Assembly (NCBI GenBank): GCA_018238155.1
Contig: JABCTZ010000011.1
Coordinates: forward strand, 64,001 to 128,000
From: Candidatus Heimdallarchaeota archaeon
GTDB taxonomy: Archaea; Asgardarchaeota; Heimdallarchaeia; JABLTI01
Direction of reading: 5' to 3'
Length of the DNA stretch: 64,000 nucleotides
Positions 29,213 through 40,117 of the stretch are shown piece by piece; position 1 is the stretch's first letter; each line of letters opens with the position of its first letter. The translations under genes and the position numbers were made by a program. The notes beneath the pieces are model-generated. The model searched no databases. It was given only the letters and a program-made list of their open reading frames with translations, and was not told where the DNA came from.

Positions 29213-30579
29213 TGAATATTTTTACTTATCTTAGCTAAAATATTTGGTAATCGTAATAGATATCTCTCTGCTGCTGAGTTAGTTGAATCTAGTGCTACAA
29301 AAAGAACTGACTTTTCTTTAATCTTCAATATAAGAATTTCTTTTCCACCCATCGCTAATTTCACAAATTCATTTGGTTTTTTTGTTGCAGTAAGGTTTAG
29401 TAATTTATTTATCTGTAGTCCTAAAACAGATTGCATCCAATCATTGATATCTGAAGTTCTCCTGCTTACAAAGAATTTACTTTCCGGACAAATTACTCCA
29501 ACTAAGAAAATCTCTTTGTAAATATCCATCAAAGTATAGAGTTGATCTTCTTCTTTCTTCCATTTATTATCGTCATCACCAAATGATATTTTAGATGTTT
29601 GACGTTCTAGTTCACTTTTCTCGGATTCATTTTCTCCTTTAATTTCCCTCATTTCCATTGAAAGTTGACCAAGAATCTCATGTTCAGATGTGGTCTCCAA
29701 ATTTTGAAGAATCTTTATTCCAGAAGTATCCCGTCGTAAACCTTCACATCTATTCATCAATTTTGTAATAGTATTGGTTAACTTCTTTTCATTCGCTAGT
29801 CCTTTGATTACTTCAAAAACACAATAATAGTTGTCACTTTCACGGATAATAAAACGATAACTTTGAGTACTAACTTCTTCCAGAGTGCCTGGATCAAGAT
29901 TTTTCATCGATTTCTTAATGCCAATAATAAAATTAGAAAGTGTTTGGATATTGAAAATTGACTCTCCTCGATAAAATTCCGAATGAATCATTTGGTCGCT
30001 CTCTTTTGAAATGATAAATAACCCATCCACTCCTGCAAGTTTATCGACAATGTATTTGATATCTCTACTCTTTTTAATATCTGATTCGAGTTTCTTATGA
30101 GCGTCAATATATCGTGCTTCTTTGGTGCGGAGCTTTACTAATCTACGACCAAATTTCTCATATTCAGGTGTTTCAGTTAAATTTGAAATTAATAATGCGT
30201 TATCAATATCTGAATTACTTGCTCCCTCAAACCGAGAGATAATTTTCATAATAAAGGAATCGTAATTTTCTGTACTATTCTTTGTTTTTTCTATCCAAAT
30301 AACATAAAAGAATTTTTCACGTAATTCAAAAATAAAGCTGGAATTTGAAGTGACAATTGTTTTAATTTTCTCTGCACTAATAATTTCTGAGAGTGCTTGT
30401 AGACTTGAGAGAAGACCTGCTAGAAGGATTACATCTATTTTTTCTTCGGTTAAAAATTCGACATATTTTGGCAGCCCTGATTCTTCAATAACAACAAAAC
30501 CTCTAACAGAATTATAAAATTCCTCTGCTAATTGTGTATCTTCTGTTTCTTGAGAAGTCAAGATAACTTTTACCCCCAA
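29209..30579 (-). CDS. Tandem longin/roadblock-like domain protein
   Basis: Internal repeat (LLAGLLSSL..SRFEG..NLTETPEYE / TLSNFIIGI..NRCEG..NLETTSEHE) plus a third similar module. Confidence 0.6.
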   Translation of the reverse strand: MGVKVILTSQETEDTQLAEEFYNSVRGFVVIEESGLPKYVEFLTEEKIDVILLAGLLSSLQALSEIISAEKIKTIVTSNSSFIFELREKFFYVIWIEKTKNSTENYDSFIMKIISRFEGASNSDIDNALLISNLTETPEYEKFGRRLVKLRTKEARYIDAHKKLESDIKKSRDIKYIVDKLAGVDGLFIISKESDQMIHSEFYRGESIFNIQTLSNFIIGIKKSMKNLDPGTLEEVSTQSYRFIIRESDNYYCVFEVIKGLANEKKLTNTITKLMNRCEGLRRDTSGIKILQNLETTSEHEILGQLSMEMREIKGENESEKSELERQTSKISFGDDDNKWKKEEDQLYTLMDIYKEIFLVGVICPESKFFVSRRTSDINDWMQSVLGLQINKLLNLTATKKPNEFVKLAMGGKEILILKIKEKSVLFVALDSTNSAAERYLLRLPNILAKISKNIH

Positions 30580-30790
30580 ATGATTCGTTGTAAATATTGA
30601 GTTGTAAAGACTTTTCTAACCAATACACCTTCAGTAGTCGATATTAAAAACTCAACCTTTGAGGCAAAAACTAGTGAAATGTTAGATTTAATTTTGATTA
30701 ATTTTCAATCAAAAAGAAAAAGCTTCATCATATTTATTAATTGAAATCTATTTCAATGTTACATGAACGGTATAAAGGACTATTTTTAAA

Positions 30791-31927
30791 ATGACCGGTA
30801 AAATTGACATCACCGAATTGCTGAAAAAGTGTGTCCAATGTGGTTCATGCATATTAATCTGCCCAATTTATAGAGCAACTGGCCAAGAGGTTTTTTCACC
30901 TCGAGGAAAGCTATACTATTTGAAATTAAAAGATGCCTTACCAGAGAAATTCGATGATGGAGAGTTAGCCAAGGATTATGCTTCCACTATTTTCACCTGT
31001 GCTTTTTGCGGACGCTGTGTTGAAACTTGTTCCTCCGAAGTAAAGTTAACAGATATCTTTAGGGAACAAAGAAAGGATACTGTAAAGCTCTTTCCTAAAT
31101 TAATGCAAATTGAAGAAAATATTAACGATGAAATGAATGTTTATGGGCTAGACAATGAAATGAGGTCAGAATCTTGGACTATGGAGCTCGAAGATGATTT
31201 CCCTGATATAGAGGATAAAATCTATAGTAAAGGTAAAACATCTGATATAGTCTTTTTCGTTGGTTGTTTAATGTCATTTAGAAGTAGACATACAAACGTA
31301 TTGAAATCCATTTTCAAAGTAATGAAGTATATAGATGAAGATTATCTTGTTCTTGGAGGAGAAGAATTCTGTTGTGGGCATCCACTTGATCTTCTTGGAA
31401 AAGTAGAGGAAGCAGATGAATTGAGGGCACACAACACAGAGGTCTTCAACAAAATAAAAGCAAAAACGATTGTTACAGATTGTCCTGGTTGTTTAGAAGC
31501 TTTAAGAGATCATCATAAAATCGATTCTTCTGTGAGAATTTTACATTTAACGGAATATTTTGATGAGAAAATCGATTCAGTTCCCAAGAAATTGAACATC
31601 AAACTCAAATATCATGATCCATGTGAATTATTTAGAAATAACAAAGTAATTCAAGCGCCTAGGAATTTAATGAAAAAGATAGGCATTGAAGTAATTGAAA
31701 TGGAACCATCTTGTTGTGGAGGTGGAGGAATGTTACGTGTTACAAATAATGAAATAGCACAAGATATTATTGATCAAAGGATAGTCAAAGAGAAACTCAA
31801 AGAGGAAGATATTTGTGTTGTGACTTGTTGTCCTTCCTGCCTCGAGCAATTTGAACAAAGTGGCATAACAACGTGGGACATCGTAGAACATCTTGCCCAA
31901 GCGATTTCAACTGAGGAGGAGAAATAA
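30791..31927 (+). CDS. Fe-S oxidoreductase (GlcF/HdrD-like, 2x 4Fe-4S + CCG domains)
   Basis: CVQCGSCILIC, CAFCGRCVETC, CCG, YHDPC, CCGGGG. Confidence 0.9.
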   Translation: MTGKIDITELLKKCVQCGSCILICPIYRATGQEVFSPRGKLYYLKLKDALPEKFDDGELAKDYASTIFTCAFCGRCVETCSSEVKLTDIFREQRKDTVKLFPKLMQIEENINDEMNVYGLDNEMRSESWTMELEDDFPDIEDKIYSKGKTSDIVFFVGCLMSFRSRHTNVLKSIFKVMKYIDEDYLVLGGEEFCCGHPLDLLGKVEEADELRAHNTEVFNKIKAKTIVTDCPGCLEALRDHHKIDSSVRILHLTEYFDEKIDSVPKKLNIKLKYHDPCELFRNNKVIQAPRNLMKKIGIEVIEMEPSCCGGGGMLRVTNNEIAQDIIDQRIVKEKLKEEDICVVTCCPSCLEQFEQSGITTWDIVEHLAQAISTEEEK

Positions 31928-31928
31928 A

Positions 31929-33326
31929 ATGGAAAAATTACGTCGAATAATTATCGGTTCAAATGCATCTATTTTTCAGAAGATTGATCCCGATTCAAAC
32001 ATAGCAGTCTTTTCACCAACAAATGAATCTGAAATAAATGAGGCAATCACTTTTGCTCGAGAGAACAATTTACCTATTACAACTAAAGGTGGTGGTTCAG
32101 GTTTAAGTGGTGCTTGTACAGGTGCTTCGAGGAAGAAAGTAGTTATTAGTGCTATGCGATTGAAAAAAGTGCTTGAACTGAATTTTGAGGATGGATATGC
32201 AGTTGTTGAGCCCGGAATCACTCCAGATGAATTAAATGAGATAATTCAAAAACAAAAAGCAAATTGGAAATTTTTCATTGCTCCCTCGAGTAGAGACATC
32301 GCCACTTTAGGAGGAATTCTAAGCACAGATGGTGGGGGAAATGATGCTTGGTTAGCGGGAACAATGATTGATAATGTTCTTGCTGTTGAGTTAATCGATT
32401 ACAATAACAACAAAATCATCATAGATCAGCTTGAGGGTCAAAAAGACAAGCTCAAAGTAAAAATATCTTCTGAAAATAAAGAACTAGAGAAGAAATTACA
32501 AGAAACACATTTTTCACTGATGGATATTGCGGGATCTCACGGAGTGCTTGGTTTTATTTCTAAAATCAAAGTTGAAATTAAGGCATTACCCGATACTGGA
32601 AAACCAAGTTATGCTTTTGTTCATTGTGATAACCTAGATGCATTCGGAAAAGTGATTTATGATTTAATTGAAAATGATATTCCATTAACATATGGTGAAA
32701 GTATCATACAAGCAGAACATCCTGATATCGCTACTAAAACAAATCCTCCAATGTTTATCTTTGAATATCCTCAAAAATACAATGATAAAATGATTGAGAT
32801 AATTAAAAACATCTCCTCCTCCACTTTTTCTGAAGTAGATTTGAAAGAATTTGAAATGATAAAGGATGTACGAATAAAAATGGCTAAAAGAAATCCTCCC
32901 GAAGGATATCAAATCGCTCTATTCGAAGGATATGGGATATATGGTGAAAATCTCTTAAGATTTGAAGAAATGATTAAGGAAATCAATAAAACATTAGGAA
33001 AATACCATTTCTTACCCTTTATTAAATTCGGTCATGCACCATCTTTATGGCATGTTGGAAATGAAAAAATAAAAGGAATTATTATGCATTCACGTGAAAT
33101 TCGTCCGACGAATTTTACTCGAGATTTAGTTTTTGATGGTATTGTAGATTTAGTGAAAACGTGTGAAAGACTCGGAATAACACCAAAACCAGAACATAAA
33201 TGGCCATTCTCAAAAACAACCGTAAAGCATAAAAGACTCTCAGAATTAACAAAAGTTCTGGGAACCAATTTCAATCCATTTTTGTTGGATTGTACATTAA
33301 AAGAACTATCAGGAATGGTATTCTAA
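31929..33326 (+). CDS. FAD-binding oxidoreductase (GlcD/lactate dehydrogenase-like)
   Basis: KGGGSGLSG, VEPGI, PSS..ATLGG, GSHGVLG, EH; ATG at 31929 follows the upstream stop. Confidence 0.85.
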   Translation: MEKLRRIIIGSNASIFQKIDPDSNIAVFSPTNESEINEAITFARENNLPITTKGGGSGLSGACTGASRKKVVISAMRLKKVLELNFEDGYAVVEPGITPDELNEIIQKQKANWKFFIAPSSRDIATLGGILSTDGGGNDAWLAGTMIDNVLAVELIDYNNNKIIIDQLEGQKDKLKVKISSENKELEKKLQETHFSLMDIAGSHGVLGFISKIKVEIKALPDTGKPSYAFVHCDNLDAFGKVIYDLIENDIPLTYGESIIQAEHPDIATKTNPPMFIFEYPQKYNDKMIEIIKNISSSTFSEVDLKEFEMIKDVRIKMAKRNPPEGYQIALFEGYGIYGENLLRFEEMIKEINKTLGKYHFLPFIKFGHAPSLWHVGNEKIKGIIMHSREIRPTNFTRDLVFDGIVDLVKTCERLGITPKPEHKWPFSKTTVKHKRLSELTKVLGTNFNPFLLDCTLKELSGMVF

Positions 33327-33643
33327 GTTTGAATTTACCGAATAAGCCCTAACTACAAATTCGGTATTTCTTCTGACTTAATTTTTCTTTAGGTATTTTT
33401 AAAATAATGTTTTTAGAATTAAATTTGAAATAGTTATTATTGATATGTATCAAAACCTGAGGAGGTCTATTTTTAGTTTTAGGTATCATATACCAATGCT
33501 CGAAAATGTTTTTGGACCTATGCTTGCTTTGATATTAATTAAAAGACAAGTTTAGTTCATTACTCAAATGCTTTGATCATAATTTCATCTACAAATTTGT
33601 TAAAAAAATGCTTTAGTAAAAATAAGATTTTTTTTAAAAACTA

Positions 33644-34090
33644 TTATTTTTTGAAAAAATCCAAAACGATATTTACTGCTTCAACAACAAATTTAGGGCA
33701 ATTCTCTTTATACCTTCCTTCTTCTGAAGCTCTTTGTTTTGCATCAGGATCATTTGGATCTATACCTATTAATCCATAACAAGTGCTATGCCTGAATTTC
33801 TCTTGGAAGATTTTATAAAATTCAATTGTATCATCTCTAGTCTTCATTTTTACATCGATGATATCATCAAAAAGCTGCCCGTTCAAAACTCCGATTGCCA
33901 TAATTGCACCTGAAACAACTCCACATATCTCTCCTCTTCCAACTATACCCCCACCATAAGAGGCTGTAACAAAAGGCGCTTGATCAAAATAGGCTCCTTT
34001 TTCTTCCAAAATAGTTCTCAGAACAGCTTGAGAGCAATTATAGTCTCCCTTAAAATATTTCAATGCTTTTTCTTCTATTTCATTATACAA
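33644..34090 (-). CDS. C_GCAxxG_C_C family redox protein
   Basis: YNCSQAV, GEICGVVSG, STCYGL, CPKFV. Confidence 0.9.
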   Translation of the reverse strand: MYNEIEEKALKYFKGDYNCSQAVLRTILEEKGAYFDQAPFVTASYGGGIVGRGEICGVVSGAIMAIGVLNGQLFDDIIDVKMKTRDDTIEFYKIFQEKFRHSTCYGLIGIDPNDPDAKQRASEEGRYKENCPKFVVEAVNIVLDFFKK

Positions 34091-34314
34091 AATAACTTCC
34101 TCACTTAAAGATTAATTTGAAATCAATTATCTTGTATATTTCCTAAATAAAAAACTACTGAATACTAGAACAATAGTTCATATTGGTATATTTATTTTTA
34201 GTGTTTTCTTCACCGAATGAAATAGTTCTAATTATCGGGTTAGATCGTTTACTAGATTTAAACCCGAATCTTTGTTTTGTCGAAAATGTAATATTGCTTC
34301 AATACTAAAATAGT

Positions 34315-35460
34315 GTGGAGCTTCCTATGTGGTTTCTACATCGTCCTGATGCTGCGAATGTTTGGAAAAATGACGCCGTATGTAATCGTTACTCGAGATA
34401 CAAAGGCATACTAGATGGCACTAAAATACCTCGCTATCTTATAGCGAAAAAATTAGTCGTTAATATTTCATTTGAAGAACCATTGGAAAAATTATGGCTT
34501 GCTCATGAACAAGCTTCAAAAGAATTCATAGAGCTCCTTAGGAAAATCGATTCTGAAGAAATTTTACTAAATGAACTATCATCTCCTGAAAAATCATTTC
34601 TTGATTTGAAAGAAAAGATAGCTTGTAAAATATTAGAATCTTGTCATTTTTGTGAACGGCGTTGCGGGGTAAATAGAGCACAAGGAAAAATTGGATTCTG
34701 TAGATTGGGAAAGGATAGCTATATTTCTTCTGCTTTTGCTCACACAGGTGAAGAGTCAGTGTTAGTTCCAAGTGGAACGATATTCTTCACTGGTTGTACA
34801 TTCACTTGTGTTTTTTGTCAAAATTCTGATATTTCTCAAGAATGGGGTGATGTTATAGACAACAAAGTTTCAGAAGGTGTAAAAGTGACCTCTAAACAAG
34901 TTGCTTTAATGGCTGAAAAATTATGGAAAGATGGAGTGAGAAATATTAATTTCGTTGGTGGAGACCCTACACCTAATTTGCATACAATTATTTCCGCTCT
35001 GAAACAATTTGAAAGAAATATTACTATTCTTTGGAATTCCAATATGTATCAATCTTTAGAAGCAACGAAATTATTACTTGAATTAATGGATTTTTGGTTA
35101 CCTGATTTCAAATTCTGGGAAAATGATTTTGCTAAACAAATGTCAGGAGTAAATAATTATCGAGAAATTATTACTAGAAATATCAAGTTAGCTTATGCTG
35201 AGGGTTCTGGAGAAATTCTTATTCGGCATCTAATTATGCCTGGGAGAGTAGAACAAGATACATTTCCGATTTTAGATTGGTGTGCAAAAGATATTCCAAA
35301 AGCAATGATTAATCTAATGGATCAATATCGTCCCGAATATCTTGTCAGAAGAACACCGAATATCTATCGTTCAATAAACCAAAGAATTTCCACTATTGAA
35401 TGGCAAAAAGCAACTGAAAAAGCAGATGCATTGGATCTACTTTGGAAACCTGTTTCATGA
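34315..35460 (+). CDS. PflX-like radical SAM protein
   Basis: CHFCERRC, HTGEE, CTFTCVFCQN, VGGDP, RHLIMPG, MDQYRP. Confidence 0.9.
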   Translation: MELPMWFLHRPDAANVWKNDAVCNRYSRYKGILDGTKIPRYLIAKKLVVNISFEEPLEKLWLAHEQASKEFIELLRKIDSEEILLNELSSPEKSFLDLKEKIACKILESCHFCERRCGVNRAQGKIGFCRLGKDSYISSAFAHTGEESVLVPSGTIFFTGCTFTCVFCQNSDISQEWGDVIDNKVSEGVKVTSKQVALMAEKLWKDGVRNINFVGGDPTPNLHTIISALKQFERNITILWNSNMYQSLEATKLLLELMDFWLPDFKFWENDFAKQMSGVNNYREIITRNIKLAYAEGSGEILIRHLIMPGRVEQDTFPILDWCAKDIPKAMINLMDQYRPEYLVRRTPNIYRSINQRISTIEWQKATEKADALDLLWKPVS

Positions 35461-35505
35461 AAAATTACTTGCTTTGCAAATAAAAAAATTGATTAGCAAG
35501 CAGAA

Positions 35506-36036
35506 TTAATCTCTGCTAGCTTTTGTTCCATAAACTCTTGATTGTCTTGTATTATACCAGAAGGCAATGAATATTATTAGTACTAATCCCACTATTTGAC
35601 AAAGTGCATATTGCTCTACCGGATTTAGTATAGTGAAAAGGTCAACACCATTTAGAATAGCAAACGTAATGTAATAACACAGATAATAAACAATAGTTAT
35701 TGCTGTTGCGGATATGAACGGTGCTCTATAATCTTTGATATCATAGCTTCTTAATCGCACAAGAAGAGCTTCATATAAAATGATTTCTGCGTTAGCAATA
35801 ATGAATACTGCTGCAATAGTAATGGTAATATATGCTGCCAGATATTCACTTTCTATTACATTGAGAATCTCTCGTGCGTGATAAATAATCGGCATTTGTG
35901 TTAATAAAGCGAACCCTGCTAGTATAGCTAAGACACCTAAGGGTTTTCCAAGTTTCCATTGAATATTAAGATTTGACATTCTACAGACCTTTCGTATATG
36001 TTGTTCAAAGTTTGAAGTATCAAATATTCGATACAT
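35506..36036 (-). CDS. Hypothetical membrane protein (4 TM); start probably internal (MSNL)
   Basis: Hydrophobic segments. Confidence 0.6.
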   Translation of the reverse strand: MYRIFDTSNFEQHIRKVCRMSNLNIQWKLGKPLGVLAILAGFALLTQMPIIYHAREILNVIESEYLAAYITITIAAVFIIANAEIILYEALLVRLRSYDIKDYRAPFISATAITIVYYLCYYITFAILNGVDLFTILNPVEQYALCQIVGLVLIIFIAFWYNTRQSRVYGTKASRD

Positions 36037-36114
36037 AATGAATTATACTTTCGGTTTTTCTTCTACACATTAAAAATTGTTTCGGAAAAACTCAAATTTT
36101 CCCTTTAAATTATC

Positions 36115-36738
36115 CTATTTTGAAAGTTTAATATATCGTTCAAACTCTTCTACTCCGCCATCACGAAGCCTTTGACGAATTAAATCTCTCAGAGAATCTA
36201 AATTGGTCCCTCGTTTTGCACTAACAAAGAGAAATGATTCTTGGAGTTGCTTGGATAATCGGTTGAAATTTACCGAGTCCTTAAAATATTCCATTGCTTG
36301 ATCTGCTTCGTGCTTATAGATTTTGTCAATTTTATTCAAGACAACAATAGGCTTAATTTTGTTCGATAGTAAGAATTGATATAATTCTTGATCAATAGGA
36401 ATGATCCCCTTTTTTGAAAGGCGTTTAGAAACATCAATCAAACTTTTAGCATCAATTACTAGAACACAAGCCGGTATTCGAAAACTATTCTCTTCAAAAT
36501 AATCAACGATTTCTTGTTTTACTCTTTCTTCAAATTCTTTAGTTCTACTATGAACTTTACCCCAACCTGGGACATCAACAACTTTGAATTTCTTAGAGAG
36601 ATTATATTCATTTATACGTCTGGTAGAACCGGGCTTCTTTCCAATAGTAGGATTGACTGCAGTTAATTTTCCAATTAACGAACTCTTACCAGCATTTGGT
36701 CTTCCTACGAAAATAAGTAACCAAGCAAAAGCTTCCAT
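36115..36738 (-). CDS. engB: GTP-binding protein EngB/YihA
   Basis: GRPNAGKSS, KPGST, DVPGWG, IPID.E, NKID, SAK. Confidence 0.88.
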   Translation of the reverse strand: MEAFAWLLIFVGRPNAGKSSLIGKLTAVNPTIGKKPGSTRRINEYNLSKKFKVVDVPGWGKVHSRTKEFEERVKQEIVDYFEENSFRIPACVLVIDAKSLIDVSKRLSKKGIIPIDQELYQFLLSNKIKPIVVLNKIDKIYKHEADQAMEYFKDSVNFNRLSKQLQESFLFVSAKRGTNLDSLRDLIRQRLRDGGVEEFERYIKLSK

Positions 36739-36783
36739 ATAGTAACAGAGAAACTACGATAGATATGTCTTTTCTCTCGAGTG

Positions 36784-39648
36784 TTAATCACCCCAGAAAG
36801 GACGTGTACGTGAATATTCTTTTTCCGCATCAATTATTTCAGAATAGAACTCATAATCTTCCTTAGAGTAACTTTTCTGAAGAACTTTACTTGCACTTCT
36901 TGGACCTATACCTCGAGCAGAGAGGGCAATAATAGCTTTCTTTCCTGAAGCAATAACTAAATCAGCGCTTTTGAATCCTCTTTTGAGGATCTTTTCTTCA
37001 TCTGGGTCCAATTTTTCTCTTCGAAGGTGTTTTCTAATTATTGGATGAAGATCTTCATTATATGTTGATACCGCAGCAAGATAGCGAGCACCACACTTTG
37101 GACATTCAGGTTTATCATCAAGATTACCTACAGTGGAAATGACATTATATTTTCCACACCACATACAAATTAAGCGTATCTTTTTCTTGTCAAGTCTTTC
37201 CTGTACTTTCTTAGCTAGTTGCCGGTCTGGTTTTGAAGGGATAATAAATCCCGTAAATCTCAATTGATTCAGTGCCGAACGAGCAAGAGGAGAAATGTCT
37301 TCTAAAGATTTCTTTTCAATTAGAGCAAATTCAATCTCCCGTTTGTTTATTTTTTCAAGAACTTTCTTGGTTTGTTCAATATCTAATTTATCATGGAGAA
37401 GTTCTTGAAATGTAGAATCGGCAATTAGTGTTCCTTCATAAGCTCTAGCTATTCGTTTTGGAGATATTTTTCTTCCTTCCCAGTGTCCTCTAATTGCTCC
37501 GAAACGCTTTGCAATGTGAATAAACCGCCAATCATACATTGATGTTTGTGGGATAGTTCTTCGAAGAAGCTCTTCAACGAAATTTCCTCGCAATTCGCGG
37601 AAAGCACCTTCTATATGCTGAGGTTTGAGATAATATGGAAAACTAAGAATAATTCTATAGGAATCAGCTCGGATACTAATTGCACAAGCAAATCTAGCCA
37701 TTAACAAAGAACCAACAAGTTGCCCTAATGTTTGATTCACATTCGTACCAAAATCAGTATGGATAATACCAAAATTACCCAACGTCTCAATAACAATTCT
37801 TTTGTTGGTGGGCATTGGATTATCTTTCGAGTAATGATTAAATAGGTATTTAATAATTTCATCTTTGGAATCTTCGTCAATAGGATAATCGGTAAGCGCT
37901 TCTTTTGCATCATTCAAATCGTCAGATCCATTGAATTTCTCCCAAATCTTCCCACGTATTTCACCTACCTCTTGAGCTACTGAAAAGGGGACAGGAATTA
38001 GTTCGCCACCCCAAGCAGGAATAGCGCCAATAGGATTATGAACTGGTGCTACTTCAATTCTTTCTTCATGAATTGCAAGGATTTTCCAAGGAACACCTTT
38101 AACAATAAAAACAGTTCCAACAGCGCCTGAAATTTGAACAAACTCCTCATCAAGAGAACCTACAATGCGGTTCGTAGCAACATCATAGATTTGACATCGT
38201 TTCACATCTCTAATTGGACTAAGATTCCCAAAGTAATAATGTAGTGTATACTTTCTTCGAGTAACTTTACCATCGTCCTCTACCCAGAGAGTACCTAATT
38301 CCTTCATTAATCGAAGCAGTTCCCATAATTTCTCTTTGGTAATATCTTTGAAAGGATAAGCACGACTAATAATAGTAAATAGTTCATCAACCGTTCGAGG
38401 TGCATTCTCCATCAAAATACCTGCAATTTGATGGGCCAATACTTCCCACGGGGCGAAGTGTGGTTTTGGTGGCTCAAGTTCTTTGTTGAGAGCTTTGCGA
38501 CCAATTACTGCTGCTTCTAGAATATCTTCTGCATCAATAGTAATGAGTATACCATTACTAGTCTTGTCAATTTTATGACCACTTCTACCTATCCTTTGAA
38601 GGAGTGGAGCAATTTCTCGGCTGGACATCATTTGGATTACAGTATCTACAGAACCAATATCAATACCTAATTCAAGACTAGACGTGCAAATTATGGCTTT
38701 CAAATCACCACTTTTAAAACGGTCTTCAGCTTCTTTTCGAATATCTTTGGAAAGAGATCCATGATGAACACCAAAGGGAAAATCGGTGCCTATCAAACGC
38801 ATTCTGTTACCAAGTATTTCAGTAAATTGGCGAGTATTAGTAAAAACAAGAGTGTGAGCGTTCTCACGAATTATATCAATAACCTTTCTAGCTCGAGCAG
38901 CGGCTTCAGGACTCGAAAAAATCTTCTCTGCGAGCTCTTCATCTTCTTTAGAAATTTGAGGGTAAATAATTGATAGATTGATTGATTTAATTGTTGGCTC
39001 TTCAAGGATAGCACATTCTCTATCTTTTCCTACCAGGAGATTGGCGACTAAATGAGAATCACCAACTGTTGCTGAAAGACCTATCCTTTGGAAACTGTTT
39101 TTACAAAATTGTTCAAGACGTTCTAAAGAAAGAAATAATTGTGTCCCTCTCTTCGAATCAACAAGCTCATGAATTTCATCAATTATTACCCATGAAACGT
39201 TACGAAGATGCTGACCAAGACGTTTAGCAGTAAGAATAATACCCAACGTTTCAGGAGTAGTAACTAAAAGGTGAGGTGGGTCAAGTGTTTGTTTTCTGCG
39301 TTCATGTTGTGTTGTATCAGAATGACGGATACTAGTTTTAATATCCAACTGTTCACCAATATCGATAACTCGCTTGAAAATATCTCGATTAAGGGCTCGG
39401 AGAGGAGTGATATATAAAATATTGATACCTGGTTTAAGACCGGTAGATTCACGATCTCGAATAAGCTGATCAAAAACAGGGAAAACAGCTGCCTCAGTTT
39501 TTCCAGAACCTGTGGCACTAATAATAAGTGCATTTGTATTTTTTTGAAGTACCGGAAAGGCTAACTCCTGAATAGGGGTGAATTTTTCAAAACCAAGAGA
39601 AGTAATTACTTCTCGTAAGGCTGGACTAAAATTGCTGAAATCAAGCAT
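36784..39648 (-). CDS. lhr: ATP-dependent helicase Lhr (archaeal type)
   Basis: TGSGKT, PLRALNRD, TTPE, DEIH, LSAT, HHGSLS, SSLELGID, QRIGRSGH, C-terminal Zn ribbon and RGIGP; start set at ATG 39648. Confidence 0.92.
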   Translation of the reverse strand: MLDFSNFSPALREVITSLGFEKFTPIQELAFPVLQKNTNALIISATGSGKTEAAVFPVFDQLIRDRESTGLKPGINILYITPLRALNRDIFKRVIDIGEQLDIKTSIRHSDTTQHERRKQTLDPPHLLVTTPETLGIILTAKRLGQHLRNVSWVIIDEIHELVDSKRGTQLFLSLERLEQFCKNSFQRIGLSATVGDSHLVANLLVGKDRECAILEEPTIKSINLSIIYPQISKEDEELAEKIFSSPEAAARARKVIDIIRENAHTLVFTNTRQFTEILGNRMRLIGTDFPFGVHHGSLSKDIRKEAEDRFKSGDLKAIICTSSLELGIDIGSVDTVIQMMSSREIAPLLQRIGRSGHKIDKTSNGILITIDAEDILEAAVIGRKALNKELEPPKPHFAPWEVLAHQIAGILMENAPRTVDELFTIISRAYPFKDITKEKLWELLRLMKELGTLWVEDDGKVTRRKYTLHYYFGNLSPIRDVKRCQIYDVATNRIVGSLDEEFVQISGAVGTVFIVKGVPWKILAIHEERIEVAPVHNPIGAIPAWGGELIPVPFSVAQEVGEIRGKIWEKFNGSDDLNDAKEALTDYPIDEDSKDEIIKYLFNHYSKDNPMPTNKRIVIETLGNFGIIHTDFGTNVNQTLGQLVGSLLMARFACAISIRADSYRIILSFPYYLKPQHIEGAFRELRGNFVEELLRRTIPQTSMYDWRFIHIAKRFGAIRGHWEGRKISPKRIARAYEGTLIADSTFQELLHDKLDIEQTKKVLEKINKREIEFALIEKKSLEDISPLARSALNQLRFTGFIIPSKPDRQLAKKVQERLDKKKIRLICMWCGKYNVISTVGNLDDKPECPKCGARYLAAVSTYNEDLHPIIRKHLRREKLDPDEEKILKRGFKSADLVIASGKKAIIALSARGIGPRSASKVLQKSYSKEDYEFYSEIIDAEKEYSRTRPFWGD

Positions 39649-39873
39649 AAAAGTACCCTTGTTTTCATACGCTTTGCTTCTTCTTTTAAAATAAAAGATA
39701 ACTTCGAGAAATTTCTTGTAATGGAGATAAGTAATTATTGATATTTGTCTCTTTTCAATTTTCATTAAAACAAGAATAAGAAAAAAGAACGTGTTTGTAT
39801 AACTACTCTTTGTTATTTTAAGTGCATTTGTAAGAGAATGCTAGTATAACAGTAAAAAATGGGAGCAGCGAAT

Positions 39874-39978
39874 TTACTCTTCTTCTTCACCGCTGACAAG
39901 ATGATAACCCAGTGCTAAGAAACCACCGAGAATTAAAACCAGGTAAACAATGTAAAGGATAGTATTTGAGTCAATCAT
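39874..39978 (-). CDS. 34-aa single-TM protein, OST4-like (not in ORF track)
   Basis: MIDSNTILYIVYLVLILGGFLALGYHLVSGEEEE; alternative start at 39984. Confidence 0.6.
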   Translation of the reverse strand: MIDSNTILYIVYLVLILGGFLALGYHLVSGEEEE

Positions 39979-40117
39979 AATCATTCATCTCTTTCGACTT
40001 TTTTTTATAAGCGTATAAGTTCCTAATTTCTTCCCTTAAAAACTCTTTCAACCTTTTTATTATTTATTTAAATTAATTATAAAAACAAATGATTCAAAAA
40101 TATTAAGTGAGAATATT

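Noticed and set aside
39649-39765. 39-aa N-terminal extension of Lhr given by the ORF track
   Set aside because: Not helicase-like; the conserved sequence begins at MLDFSNF (39648)
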